Source: Eledone cirrhosa (taxonomy: Eukaryota). Taken from it: a DNA stretch of 64,000 nt. The stretch is taken from assembly GCA_964016885.1 (NCBI GenBank), contig OZ024743.1, forward strand, positions 128,464,001 to 128,528,000, in the 5' to 3' direction. Of this stretch, positions 1 to 13,484 are shown in pieces. Within the stretch, counting starts at the first letter, position 1. Each line of letters opens with the position of its first letter. The notes below the pieces were generated by a model that saw nothing but the letters and a program-made list of their open reading frames with translations, made no database searches and was not told where the DNA came from. A program made the translations under genes and the position numbers.

Positions 1-540
1 CTTTCATATTCCTTCAATAAGGTGCCGACCACCTCAATTTCTGAGGTGTTCGACACCATCACGGTGATGTCGTCCGCATAAGCCGACACCGCCTTTCCAC
101 GTCCCGGTTCAAGCGGGATGCCCTGCAACAGCTCCAGCTTCCGCAGTAAAGGCTCGAGAGTCAATACGTACAGAAGGGAAGAGAGAGGGTACCCTTGACG
201 GACCGATCGGGAGAGCCGAAATGGTTCTGAGAGGTGGCCATTAACCTTGACCACCGAGCATGTGCCGCTGTGCATTGCAGCAATCCGGCTTCTGAAGACA
301 GGGCCGAAGCCAGCTGCTTTGAGGACAAACTCCAGATACCGATGATCGACCCTATCGTATGCTTTCGATTGATCTAAATTGATCAGTGGCCCATCGAATC
401 CAGGTTTACACCCTGCCCTCTCTATGATGTATCGCATAACGTGGAGATTGTTGTGTATGGACCTGGCTGGGATTGCGCAAGTTTGCGCCTCCCCAATCAA
501 ATCCCCAACGACAAGCGCCAATCTCTTTGCTAACACCTTG
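1..540 (-). mobile_element. Tx1/L1-clade LINE, reverse transcriptase fragment (runs off window edge)
   Basis: Minus-strand translation gives LINLDQSKAYDRVDH, SVRQGYPLSP and VSAYADDITV (YADD at 69-80). GC-rich compared with the flank; ends at a SINE at ~541. Confidence 0.85.
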
Positions 541-985
541 TAATAATAATGGTTTCTTATATAGGCACAAGGCCAGCATTTTGGGGCAAGGGGAAAGTCG
601 ATTAGATCGACCCCAGTGGATGACTGGTCCTTTATTTTATCGACCCTGTAAGGATGAAAAGCAAAGTTAACCTCGGCAGGATTTGAACTCAGACCATAAA
701 GGACCGTAACTCTATGCTGCAAATAATAGTAATAATGATATTTGTTTCTGACGCAGGCACAAGGCCAACAATTTTGGGTTGATTAAATCAACACCAGTGC
801 ATTACTGGTATTTAATGTTATCGACCCCATAAAGATGAAAGGCAAAGCTAACTGGGATTTGAACTCAGACCGTAAAGGGTCATAACTCTATATAATAATT
901 ATTTCTACTTATGGCACAAGGTCAGTAATTACCCCAGTGCATTACTAGTGCTTTATTTTATCCCATAAGGATGAAAGATAAAGTA
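541..985 (-). mobile_element. Cluster of three tRNA-derived SINE copies/fragments (family A, Nin/Deu-like central domain)
   Basis: Reverse complement of the family A sequence at 31346-31533: B box gagttcaaatcc, core gcctttcatccttacggggtcgataaaataaagtaccag, (ATT)n tail. Confidence 0.85.
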
Positions 986-1486
986 ATATAAAATAAAATA
1001 AAATAAAAAGAACATGATCTACTTACTACATACCAAGGTTAGGACATTCACCCCAAAACAGAAATGAAGAAAGAGACTTCATCCACCCACTTAGTTCAGG
1101 AGAGGAAGATACTTCACCCAGCATTCCACTACCCTTCTGCATTCCTGGTGAAAGTCTCTCAAAACTACCTCCCCACTCACCACTTCTTCTAGTGGTCAAA
1201 TTTAATAAGCCACTAACACCACCTCCTTCCTCACACTAACACTTCCCAATTTCTCTCTCTGATCTAGTAGCTATTACACTCTCTCCCACACTCAAGCTCA
1301 CTCATCAAATCTCAATCACCATTTATTTAGGAACCAGTCAGTCTCAATGGGGTTGAATCATAGTTAATTTTTTGGAGCCAATCATCATCATCATTAGTTT
1401 AAAAACAATTTGGCCAGTTTGAAGTATACAGTGAGATAGTGTTTTACCAATGCCTCATACATACCACTACATGATAGTTTTAACAT

Positions 1487-1517
<31 letters not shown>

Positions 1518-1684
1518 AGAGAACATGTGTGTGATAATGTAGCTGTTTTAAGTCATATACTGGTATATATTGTACAGGTTGCAAACATTATCTGACAACA
1601 GACCTCTCTCTATACATAGAATAAGTAAAGGGAGATAATTTATTTCATATCAATAATTTGCAATCACTTGTAATACAAGTTTAA

Positions 1685-1888
1685 CCCTCTAGCATTTACA
1701 TTACCTTATATTTACTATTATATTTTCATTGCAAAGGCTTTATCTCACATAATATCGATTCTGAGATTTTCATATTATCTATATTGAGAACAATACCTTA
1801 ACATCAGTATGAACAGCAGGTTACAGCCAGTTTGAACAGAGAGGTTAGAGAATTCTGGCTGGATACAACCGGTTTAAATGCTAAAGGG
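1685..1888. mobile_element. TTAA-flanked piggyBac-type MITE (family M1)
   Basis: TTAA at 1681-1684 and 1889-1892; TIR ccct(c/t)tagcattta...taaatgctaaaggg; homologous copies at 12627, 28902 and 43043. Confidence 0.85.
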
Positions 1889-3739
1889 TTAACCTCATGT
1901 TTGGTCAAAACCTTCTCATTCACATTTTCTGAATGAAGTGGTGATAGTGGCACATTGTTGTCATGTTTTTGTAGAAGACAGCAAAGGTTGATTGGAACGA
2001 TGTAACTAATAAAACTAGCATCACCAGGTTTTAAATAGTTTAGCTGTTAGTCCAGGTTATTTTCTTAGTTTATTACATGTGCACTGACTCTGTGTGCTGA
2101 TATCTTTTCTTTTTTATATTTTGCTTTCAATAAAGCTCTTTTACTTAATCTAGTTTTTAGTATTATTCTATATAAGATGAGGCAGGGAATTGGCATAGTT
2201 GTTAGAATGTCAGATAAAATATTTTGCGGCATTTGTTCCGGCTTTCTATGCTCTGAGTTCAAATCAAACTGAGGCCAAACTTGCCTTTTATTCTTTGGAA
2301 GTCTATAAAAAAAAAGTACTTTACTGGGATTGATTCTTCCTCCATATCTCTTTCTCACTTCCTTTCTATTACACATTCTCTCTCTCCTTCTCTTGAAGGA
2401 ATTGGCTATGCACAGATCTTTAAAGGAGATGAGCTCAGCCAGGTTTTAAAATGACCAACATATGCTGAATACCACTACAACACTCTACTACTCCATCAGA
2501 AGTTATAGGTCCAAACATACATACTATATAGACTGGCAGCTCTAAGTTAATGTTTTCTCTAGCTAGTATTGTTTCACGCTCTGTATTGTAATGTGCTGCA
2601 ATGGTTCTAGGTTGTAAATGCATAATCAATTAATGAGAAAATGTCATACCCTAGAGTAGTGCATTTACTATCCTGTCACTTAAAATCATGAAGCAACAAC
2701 AAACTTAAATGTGATGCTGATTAAGTAACTGTTACTGTTGTTATTAAGGCAGGATAGGAGTTGATCATCCAATTGGATCAAGGAAACCGTTTCCATTGCT
2801 GATACTACCTACTGGTCATAAATAACTCTTGTTCAAAATGACACTGCTTTTCTGTTGACAGGTGGTAGGTTTTGAACTCAGAATGCACAGAACTGGTACC
2901 ACAGAGCATCCCATCCAACGTTTTGACAATTCCACAAATCCAACTTACAGTTTAGCAAGCTGACAAACCTAGTTTTTTTACTCTTCTTTCTCTGACCACT
3001 GGTAAGAAAGTTAATATGTCTAATTTTTTACTACTTAGTCTGCTCTCATCAAAACCAAATCATGTTACAGGTCATAACACTGTGGCTCTCAACAGATGTT
3101 TCTACAACACTACTGCATGCAAAGATGTTTAGCAATTTATTTATTGATCCCAGGAAATTATTATATTTTTAATTTAATTATACTGGATGCTTGGTTGGCC
3201 TTAATAGTAGCAGCAGCCCTGACAACACATACTACATTATAACAACATACACTACACAGACACATATTCCATGATGTTGTTTGTAAATGTGACTATATAT
3301 TGTTGGGACAATTATTTTTACAGCTAGATATCTCTCCTACTGCTAACCACTCAACTGGAAATGCTGTAGGACAGGGGGTAACATATACATGTCTCTCAAT
3401 TGAGAGAGTGATAGAAAGGAGGGGTTATGTGAAAGAGTAGGGGTTGGGTAATGGAGGGGTGGGTTTGGAGAAGGGATGGCAGGAGATATGGGGAAAATGG
3501 GAGAAGTTATAGAGGGAGTGGTAGGTATTTTGTAGAAGTGAGAGGGAGTAGTGTGGAGGTATTGGAGAAGAGATGGGAGAAGTGAAAGGAGAAATGCTGA
3601 GGGAAAGATGGAGGTTATAGGAAGAATGATAATGGGGGGGGGGATAAAAGTCAGGGGTGGCAGAGAGCAATCCAACCATTGCTGTTCCCAGTTCACCTTC
3701 AATTTATGTTGAAGAGAAGACAAGATCTTTCCTCTAAAT

Positions 3740-4518
3740 CAGTGGGGAGTCAGAACCCAAATTAGGTCACAGCACAATTCTGAAAGGGACATGCAAAGAC
3801 AAAAATCTTGAAATATTTGATAAAATGTAAAGCATTCATGAATATCATTATCTTCAACATCCCTATTCATCATCACTTTTATGTCCATTTTTTTCTATGG
3901 TTGCATAGGTTGGACAGATCATCTCTAACACAGCATCTTGCTACTTGTTGCATTCCTTTGTCGTCTCTTTTGTGATCAGTTGTTATCACCTTTTCACATG
4001 TCTTCACTGATCTACCTCCACTGCCTTCCACTTAGAATAGTCTATACAATAATTCAGAATAAAGGCTTATCTAATCTTATATAGAATCAAGGCATGCATT
4101 TCCCCACCTGCCCTATCAACCCACGCAAGCATGAAAGTAGAGATATCATGATAAAGATGATAATAAAGATACATATAGTTTCCCAGTGACTATTTTAAAC
4201 CATAATCATATCACATAGATTTTATAAACTTGCTATTCTTGATGAAAGTACATTTACATATAAGGCAAGTGTGCATAAATATATTGTAAATCGGTTCATA
4301 CATGCATCTATTCTGAATCATGCTGCGTTAGTGCTAATTATTAATAAATCCTAGACAGGGCAAAGGCCACATTTACTACAAAAAAAAAAAAAAACAAAGA
4401 AATAGTTCCACAAGAAACATATGAAATATTATGTGCCCCATTGGAAGATTTTTTTAAATGGTTATGGAGGATTAATTTACTAAATTGGGTTGTGGTGGCA
4501 CAATTTTGGGGACCACTG
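3740..4518. mobile_element. Old hAT-like non-autonomous DNA transposon with nested RTE-tail fragments
   Basis: Termini cagtgg...ccactg; degenerate 8-bp flanks ctctaaat/tcctaaac resemble Charlie-type target sites. Confidence 0.35.
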
Positions 4519-6163
4519 TCCTAAACAGGAAATGTGGAAACCCATAATTTAGAAAATACTCTGTAAATTTTTTCCTCTTTTTTTTTTTTTTTTGTTACTG
4601 TTTAGTAAGGAGGGGAGGGAAGCCCTCATGATCATTTCCATGGCTCTGAAACTGGTGGGAGGAAGAGAAAGGGTATTCTCACACCAGAGACCTGGTCTGA
4701 ATGCTTGCAACAGTAAATACTGCTAAAACAGAAGGAAAAGGCAGTCAACAGATTAAGTCTTCTACTGAAGTAGGCCACAACAAGGCTTGAACTCAAAATG
4801 CAAAGACCTAGAATAAATACTGAAAGACATTTTGCTTACAATCTAGCAATTCTGCCAAATCATCAGTAAAAGAATGAAAGGTAGGATTTGACCTCAGAAT
4901 GCATAGAACAAATTCCACAAATCTTTTTGTCTTCCTAGCCCCTTACAACTCCTAGTTTGTTGCCAGAAAATGTGGAAATATACAGAAGTTGTTAATTATT
5001 TACTTAAGAGTAACCATTTAATGACATAAATCATCATAAAAGAACTCCAGTAGGATTTAGTTAGCAATAACTGGAGATCTCTGTTAATTACTAACCTTTT
5101 TGAAGCATTATCTTTTCTTTGAGGTCATCCTTTCTATCTCAGTAGATTTAACTGTTGGAATTTTTTATCATTTAGCCAGGAAGGACAGTGTCCATGATCT
5201 TTTTATTTTACTTTTTAGGGCCTCTAAAATTGGTAAGAGGGAGGGAGGAAGCCATCTTGAAACTGGAGACCTGGTTGAAATGCTTTCAATTGAATGGAAT
5301 CCATTAAAGGCACTCAGGGACCAAGTAGTGTTTTAAATCTACTAAAGTAGACTATGGTAAAATTTGAATTCAAAATGCAAAATGCCAGAACAAATCCCAT
5401 CTGATACTCATGATTTGGCCAGATCGTTGCTATAGACTGTTGCTCTATTTATCAGCCCCAAAAGGATGAAAGACAAAGTTAATTTCAGTGGGATTCAAAC
5501 ACAAAACAGATAATTTGTTGCTACAGCTCATGCTTATGTAAGTTTAGCTGGTCCTCAACAAGATTGCATCTCATGGAATGTTTCTTGTGTGTTTTAATGA
5601 TAGGGATTCCAGCTCTACCATGAAAAGCAATGTCATAGGAAGCATCTTGCTCAAGAACACAACACACCAACCAGTCAAGGAATCATAACCACAACCACAT
5701 GATCATGAGTTCAACACCTTAACCACCAAGCCATGAAATTTATCCAATGCCCTAATGATTCTGCTACTTTGCAGCTGTGGTATGTAAATCTTGATTACTC
5801 TTATGGGTGCTGTGATATGGCCTGTGGTGTTTACATATTTTAAAGGGCACTGTGCTACTTTATATGAACAACAGAATTTTTGCAGAAACATTTGAGCTCA
5901 ATTCTCCTTTAGTTCATTTATCAGACTCCGTATGAGACAGCCATTAAAATAACAAAATAGAATCAAGTAGAGAACATTTGTTTTATAGAAAAACATCTTT
6001 CTCCTGGGCCCTATATTTCTCTGTAGTTTTCTGTATTTTAAATATATTTCATCTCTATGATGTTACACATAGCCTTGCTGTGAAGACTACTTGAGGTTAA
6101 AGCTAAAGTTAATGAGAATACATGATCAGGAATTACAGTATCATGGTGTTTAGTCTTCTTCAA

Positions 6164-6843
6164 CCATTTTGTTACCATAGTTCTGATTTTTCTAAATTTT
6201 CAATTAATTTTGAAAATAATCAAGACATTTAGTAATATAACAAACTTTCTCATTATTAACTCTTAACAGGGCAGTAGACTGGCAGAATCATTTGTGAGTT
6301 GGACAAAATGCTTAACAGTATTTTTCCAGCTCTTTACATTCTGAGTTCAATTCTTGCCAAGGTTACCTTTGCCTTTCATCCTTCTGTGATCAATAAAATA
6401 AAGTACCAGTAATGCACTGTAGTTGATATAATCAACTTTCCCAAAAAATGCTAATGTAAAAAAGAACTATTTACTCTTAACATCCTGTAATGATTTAACA
6501 GAAAATGTCTACAAACAGTTTTGTGAAATCAAATGTTTATAGTATCTTTCCTAGTGAACAGATTGTTGTGAAATATGGTGTTAACAAAAGTAAAGATTTT
6601 GATATTTGACGTCATGCTTGCATAGTGCTGATTTATATACACTTCAAGAATGCCTTGCTAATGCTGCAGTTTCATATGGTATAGGACGTTAAGAGTTAAG
6701 CTGGTGTTTGAAATATAACTTGAATAAAGTTCCTACATAAAATTATGATGGCAATTTTTAAATAGATATAAAAACTTTAATAAAAAAAAAACAGCTTGGT
6801 GTTATAGAGCCAGTGGAGGAGGGGGGAGGGGGTATTAAATGGG
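6164..6843. mobile_element. TTAA-type MITE (family M2) containing a second MITE (6260-6695), which contains a family A SINE (6269-6472)
   Basis: Outer ends match the M2 copy at 14003-14238. Inner TIR ctcttaac(a/g)tcct(g/a)ta with TTAA at 6256-6259 and 6696-6699. SINE TSD actcttaaca at 6259-6268 and 6473-6482. Confidence 0.75.
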
Positions 6844-7334
6844 TTAACTAATTCATGTATAGTGTACCTCACAGGACTTAATATCTTTAATTGTTCTGAG
6901 TCAGATAATTATTCACACCAACTAACAATCATTGACTCTCTTACATAGCTTACAATGGACAGTGATACTGCTACACACACAGTAATCCTAGGCCACACCT
7001 AGAAAAAGGACACATGGTCAATTTCAACTGGCATAAAGTCCCCATCAGACTCTAAATTAGTACATTCCTTTCAGGATATTACTACAAGTGAGAGTTTATA
7101 AACACATCAACTACTTATTTTTTGTGTGTTTTTTAGATAATTATACATATCTACTGATGAAAATCCAGCTAGGTTAAACTATCAATTTAAGATATCATTT
7201 TTTACCCCATTACAGAGAAATACATACATTTGGCATGTTTACATGTCTATATATACAGATATATATTTATAACATATTTGGGGTGTTAAGCACACAAATT
7301 TATGTATATGTGTGTATATACATATGAATGATGA

Positions 7335-7520
7335 TAATTGTTTCTACTTTTGGCACATGACCAGCAAATACCCAGTGTATTACTACTGGTACTTTATTTT
7401 ATCGACCCCATAAGGATGAAAGGCAAAGTTAACCTCGGCGTGATTTGAACTCAGAATGGGAAGGGCCGTAACTCTATGCGTCAAAGCATGGCGTCCGACC
7501 CTCTACCGATACTGCCAATT
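7335..7520 (-). mobile_element. SINE family A
   Basis: Near-identical to the copies at 18040-18227 and 44548-44742. Confidence 0.85.
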
Positions 7521-7976
7521 GATAATGATGATGATATATAAAGAATTCAAAGTTTGAAAGCTACGACAATGTGAAATGGATGGATAAACAAGTCAGATGG
7601 AACAAGATGTGTGTTTTTTACCTTAATTTATTTATTATCATCATCATCATCGTTTAACGTCCAACTTCCACGCTAGCATGAGTAGGACTATTTATATGTC
7701 CTATTTCTGAGGAAAATAAAAGGGACTAATCCAGTGACCAATGAAGCACGTTTTCAAACTTCAAATTTTTTATACCATATACAATGTTAACTACACCCCC
7801 CCCCCCATCTTTCTTATATATATATATATACACACACACATTCACATACATCCATGCCAGCATGGAAAACCGGATGTTAAAAGATGATTATGATAATGTA
7901 TACACACATATACACACATATGTGTATACATATATAGATTTATTTATTTATGCATACATATATTCACACACACACT

Positions 7977-8014
<38 letters not shown>

Positions 8015-8394
8015 TACATGTACATATATTCACACACACACTTTCTTCCCCAGGAAATCAAAACCATCAAACTAGCTCTAATTATATGTATGAGAACCAT
8101 ATTATCTGACAATGAGCTAGCTATATATGTGAAACAATACAATATAATTACTCCAATGATATAGCTTAGTAGCTAGGATAGAATTTTGGCCTGTCACTCA
8201 GCTTTAATTAAAAACAATCACTAAAACTGACCCCTAAGATTTTGGTCTTGTAAAAACCCACTACCTAACCCCTTAAAAAAAAAAAATGATAATAATAATA
8301 ATGTTAAAATCAAAAACAAAAAGAATTTAAACAGCCTTAGTGTCAGTTCAGATATTCTCAAGAGTTCATGTTGTCAGGGGAAAGTTTTCTGGTA

Positions 8395-8467
8395 TACATA
8401 TATATATATACATATCTATAGATACATACACATATATATACATATATACATACATATATATATACAC

Positions 8468-8498
<31 letters not shown>

Positions 8499-8513
8499 TA
8501 TATATATATACAC

Positions 8514-8544
<31 letters not shown>

Positions 8545-8891
8545 TATATATATATATACATAAATATACACACACATCTATATATACATACATAAATATA
8601 CACACATATATATACACACACATATATATACACACATATATATACACACACATATATATATATACATACATATATATACACACACACATATATATACACA
8701 CACACACATATATATATATACATATATATACACATATATATACATATATATATACACACACATATATATATATACATACATATATATATATATATACACA
8801 TATACATACATATATATATACACATATACATACATATATATACACACACATATATATATACACATACATATACATACATATATACACATAC

Positions 8892-8936
<45 letters not shown>

Positions 8937-9121
8937 TATATATACATATATATACATATATATATACACACACATATATATATATACATACATATATATA
9001 TATATATATACACATATACATACATATATATATACACATATACATACATATATATACACACACACATATATATACATACATATATATACACATATATATA
9101 CATACATATATATACACATAC

Positions 9122-9152
<31 letters not shown>

Positions 9153-9159
9153 CACATAC

Positions 9160-9196
<37 letters not shown>

Positions 9197-9243
9197 CATA
9201 TATATATATATATATACACACATATATATATATATATATACAC

Positions 9244-9274
<31 letters not shown>

Positions 9275-9436
9275 TATATATATATATATATACATACACA
9301 TATATATACACATATATATATACATATACATATATATATACACATATATATATACACATACACATATATATACATACACATATACATATATATATACATA
9401 CACATATACATATATATATACATACACATATATATA
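8395..9436. repeat. Compound (TA)n/(CA)n microsatellite, ~1 kb
   Basis: Seen directly; source of the YIYI/THTH pseudo-ORFs. Confidence 0.97.
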
Positions 9437-9558
9437 ATGGTTGTTGGTATTTAGTTTGTTGAGAGATGTAGAATGCTCGGACTGGATTGCTAAGGGAACA
9501 AAATATTTGGGAATTTGTTCTCAAAGTAACCTTTAAGAATTCAGTTGGCCTTATAGGT

Positions 9559-10660
9559 CTTGGTGGTGATGGTGGTGGTTGTAGTGATCTTTGTACCCTT
9601 ATCATACTAGGTGGTGATGGTGGTGGTTGTAGTGATCTGTGTACCCTTATCATACTTGGTGGTGATGGTGGTGGTTGTAGTGATCTTTGTACCCTTATCA
9701 TACTAGGTGGTGATGGTGGTGGTTGTAGTGATCTTTGTACCCTTATCATACTTGGTGGTGATGGTGGTGGTTGTAGTGATCTTTGTACCCTTATCATACT
9801 AGGTGGTGATGGTGGTGGTTGTAGTGATCTTTGTACCTTTATCATACTTGGTGGTGATGGTGGTGGTTGTAGTGATCTTTGTACCCTTATCATACTAGGT
9901 GGTGATGGTGGTGGTTGTAGTGATCTTTGTACCCTTATCATACTTGGTGGTGATGGTGGTGGTTGTAGTGATCTTTGTACCCTTATCATACTAGGTGGTG
10001 ATGGTGGTGGTTGTAGTGATCTTTGTACCCTTATCATACTTGGTGGTGATGGTGGTGGTTGTAGTGATCTTTGTACCTTTATCATACTTGGTGGTGATGG
10101 TGGTGGTTGTAGTGATCTTTCTACCCTTATCATACTTGGTGGTGATGGTGGTGGTTGTAGTGATCTTTGTACCTTTATCATACTTGGTGGTGATGGTGGT
10201 GGTTGTAGTGATCTTTCTACCCTTATCATACTTGGTGGTGATGGTGGTGGTTGTAGTGATCTTTGTACCTTTATCATACTTGGTGGTGATGGTGGTGGTT
10301 GTAGTGATCTTTGTACCCTTATCATACTTGGTGGTGATGGTGGTGGTTGTAGTGATCTTTGTACCCTTATCATACTTGGTGGTGATGGTGGTGGTTGTAG
10401 TGATCTTTGTACCCTTATCATACTAGGTGGTGATGGTGGTGGTTGTAGTGATCTTTGTACCCTTATACTTGGTGGTGATGGTGGTGGTTGTAGTGATCTT
10501 TGTACCCTTATCATACTTGGTGGTGATGGTGGTGGTTGTAGTGATCTTTGTACCCTTATCATACTAGGTGGTGATGGTGGTGGTTGTAGTGATCTTTGTA
10601 CCCTTATCATACTTGGTGGTGATGGTGGTGGTTGTAGTGATCTGTGTACCCTTATCATAG
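9559..10660. repeat. 48-bp minisatellite, ~23 copies
   Basis: Unit cttggtggtgatggtggtggttgtagtgatctttgtacccttatcata; period 48 (9561 vs 9609); one 3-bp-shorter unit near 10465. Confidence 0.97.
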
Positions 10661-10729
10661 CATGACTTGTATCACAATACAGTTTCTTACTGGTTATGGA
10701 ATAAAACACAACTACTAGAGATATATTAT

Positions 10730-11630
10730 ACATAGTTGCCTCCATGTATGTGTACGTGTCTGTGTGTGTGTGTGTGTGTGAGAGCCTGTATGTGTGGGTC
10801 TGTGTGTGTGAGCCTGTGTGTGCGCGTGTGAGCCTGTATGTATGTGTGTGTGACCCTGTATGTGCATAGTTGCCTCCATGTATGTGTACGTGTCTGTGTG
10901 TGTGTGTGTGTGTGAGAGCCTGTATGTGTGGGCTTGTGTGTGTGAACCTCTGTGTGTGCGTGTGAGCCTGTATGTATGTGTGTGTGACCCTGTATGTGCA
11001 TAGTTGCATCCATGTATGTGTACGTGTCTGTGTGTGTGTGTGTGAGAGAGAGCCTGTATGTGTGAGCCTGTGTGTGTGTGTGACCCTGTATGTGCATAGT
11101 TGCCTCCATGTATGTGTACGTGTCTGTGTGTGTGTGAGAGCCTGTATGTGTGGGCCTGTGTGTGTGAGCCTGTGTGTGTGTGTGTGAGCCTGTATGTATG
11201 TGTGCGTGACCCTGTATGTGCATAGTTGCCTCCATGTATGTGTACGTGTCTGTGTGTGTGTGAGCCTGCGTGTGTGCGTGTGAGCCTGTATGTATGTGTG
11301 TGTGACCCTGTATGTGCATAGTTGCCTCCATGTATGTGTACGTGTCTGTGTGTGAGAGCCTGTATGTGTGGGCCTGTGTGTGAGCCTGTGAGCCTGTATG
11401 TATGTCTGTGTGACCCTGTATGTGCAGGCATCAGTGTGTGTGTGTACCTGTATGTGCAGGCATCGGTATGTGTGTGTGTGTGTACCTGTATGTGCAGGCA
11501 TCTGTGTGTGTGTACCTGTATGTGCAGGCATCTGTATGTGTGTGTGTGTACCTGTATGTGCAGGCATCTGTGTGTGTTGGAGCCTGTATATGTGCGTGTG
11601 TACCTGTATGTGCAGGCATCTGTGTGTATG
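10730..11630. repeat. (TG)-based compound minisatellite
   Basis: Recurring catagttgcctccatgtatgtgtacgtgtc blocks, followed by cctgtatgtgcaggcatc blocks. Confidence 0.9.
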
Positions 11631-11653
11631 AGCAGCAATGCATATATATATAT

Positions 11654-11984
11654 ATCATCATCATCATTTTACGTCCGTTTTTCCCTGCTTGCAAGGGTGG
11701 GACGAGAACTGATTCTGGCTTGATTTCTACAGCTGGATGCCCTTCCTAACACCAACCTCATTTACAGTGAGTGCTGGGTGCTTTTTTGCCGTGGCACCTA
11801 TACAACCACTTTGCAGTGGAATGATATGGACCCCAGTCCCTATCATCTCATTTCTACAGCTGAGTAAACTGGAGCAATGTGAAATAAAGTGTCTTGCTCA
11901 AGGAAACAACACATCACCCGGTCTGAGAATTGAACTCACAACCTTTCGATTGCAAGCCCAATGCTCTAACCACTAAGCCATGTG
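11654..11984 (-). mobile_element. tRNA-derived SINE family B (CORE-like body, RTE-derived 3' tail)
   Basis: A box tggcttagtgg, B box gagttcaattc, ccttgagcaagacactttatttcac body, tail matching the RTE 3' end plus (ATG)n. Confidence 0.9.
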
Positions 11985-11989
11985 TGTGA

Positions 11990-12280
11990 ATGAACATGGT
12001 TTGGTGGTGAGGGTGTCTGGCTCTCACTCATAAGGTTGGAAGTTCAATTCCTAGTGGCATGTTGTAGCCTTCAGCAAAACACCTTTTTTCATGTTGCACT
12101 GGTCTACTCAGCTGGCAAAAAATAGCTGTACCTATAATTCTAAGGGCATTATCATGATAAACTTCCATAAGAATTGCATTATGAGTACATGTGTCTGTGA
12201 AATACTCACCCATTTGCATGTTAATTTCATGAATAGGCTGTTCGAATGATCAAACAATTGAAACACTCATAGAGGCACCC
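11990..12280 (+). mobile_element. Old tRNA-derived SINE (family D); related pieces at ~13600-13860, 14265-14440, 25390-25525
   Basis: Degenerate A/B boxes and ccttcagcaaaacac CORE-like body; tail shared among the listed copies. Confidence 0.6.
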
Positions 12281-12626
12281 CAAGCTCAATACTGGGTTAT
12301 CCTGAAATACCAAATGTAAGGCTAAAAGCAACAACAAACAACAACAACAATAATGGTTTTTAACATAGTCACAAGGCTAGAAAATAGGCAGGGGCGGGAT
12401 CGAAAATAGAAAATAGGCAGGGGCGGGATCGAAAATATCAACCCCAGTGCTTGACTGGTACTTTATTTTATTCACCCCTAGAAGGATGAAAGGCAAAGTT
12501 GACCACAGGAGGATTTGAACTCAATGTAAAGAAACATAACTGAATGCTACAAAACATCTGTCCAATGCTCTAATGATTCTGTCAATTCATTGCTCCTCTA
12601 ACAACAATTATAATAATATAGTTTAA

Positions 12627-13077
12627 CCCTTTAGCATTTACTTTACTCTATATTTACTATTATATTTTCACAGTAAACACTTTATTCCATATACTTATCT
12701 ATCTATATACAACTAAAACTCTGTGATTGCTTGCTTGTCTGTAATGTAATACAGCCAAAAGGGCACATAATGGGAAAATACTTTGAAAAAAAGTTGCCCC
12801 TGAAATGGGAATACAAATGGAATAAAACAAGTTTTGCGTAAATCGGACCACGGGTTCCTGAGATATGGGGTTTTTCCGGATACCTTCATAGACAAAGAGA
12901 GAAAAGGAGATAGAGGTTGTGACAGAGTAGATTGAAAGAGAGACATAGAGAGAGGGAGAGGAGACATAGAAGGAGAATGGAAGAGAGCTGGTGATGGTGT
13001 TGTGTGTATATATATATATATATGTGAGTGTGTGTGTGTGTCTACGACCAGTGCATATAGATCACAGACAACCACAT

Positions 13078-13135
<58 letters not shown>

Positions 13136-13484
13136 GTATATATATATACACACACACATTTATATATATACATACACACACGTATATATATATATATGGG
13201 CCTTCCCATTTCATTTCACATTATATACTTGTCTGTGTATATTTTAATTATTTAAAAATTATTTTCAAGTGAACATGATTTTTTTTTTTTACATTTTGAA
13301 GTGAACGTGACCCAACGTGTCACAGGTGGTCTAGTCTTACATAATATTGAATCCACGAGATGTTGATATTATTTATTTTGAGAACAATACCTTAACATAA
13401 GTATGAGTGGCTGGTTATAGCCGGTTTGAACAGAAAGTAGTGAGAAAATTCTGGCCAGATATGGCTGGTTTAAATGCTAAAGGG
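12627..13484. mobile_element. M1 MITE interrupted by a Helitron
   Basis: TTAA at 12623-12626 and 13485-13488 with a perfect TIR; the two halves rejoin to the M1 consensus when 12698-13334 is removed. Confidence 0.85.
12698..13334 (+). mobile_element. Non-autonomous Helitron
   Basis: Starts TCTATCTATATA and ends CTAG. Subterminal hairpin gtgac-N7-gtcac at 13307-13323. Inserted between A and T with no TSD. Confidence 0.75.

Noticed and set aside
5096-5223. Minus-strand exon candidate with a good acceptor and donor
   Set aside because: Stops in all three frames; at most a non-coding exon.
7150-7235. ctgatga...gaaa hammerhead candidate
   Set aside because: No stem II or stem I pairing found.
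8340-11567. 1069-aa, 365-aa and similar long ORFs
   Set aside because: Composed entirely of microsatellite and minisatellite translations; these repeats lack stop codons by composition.
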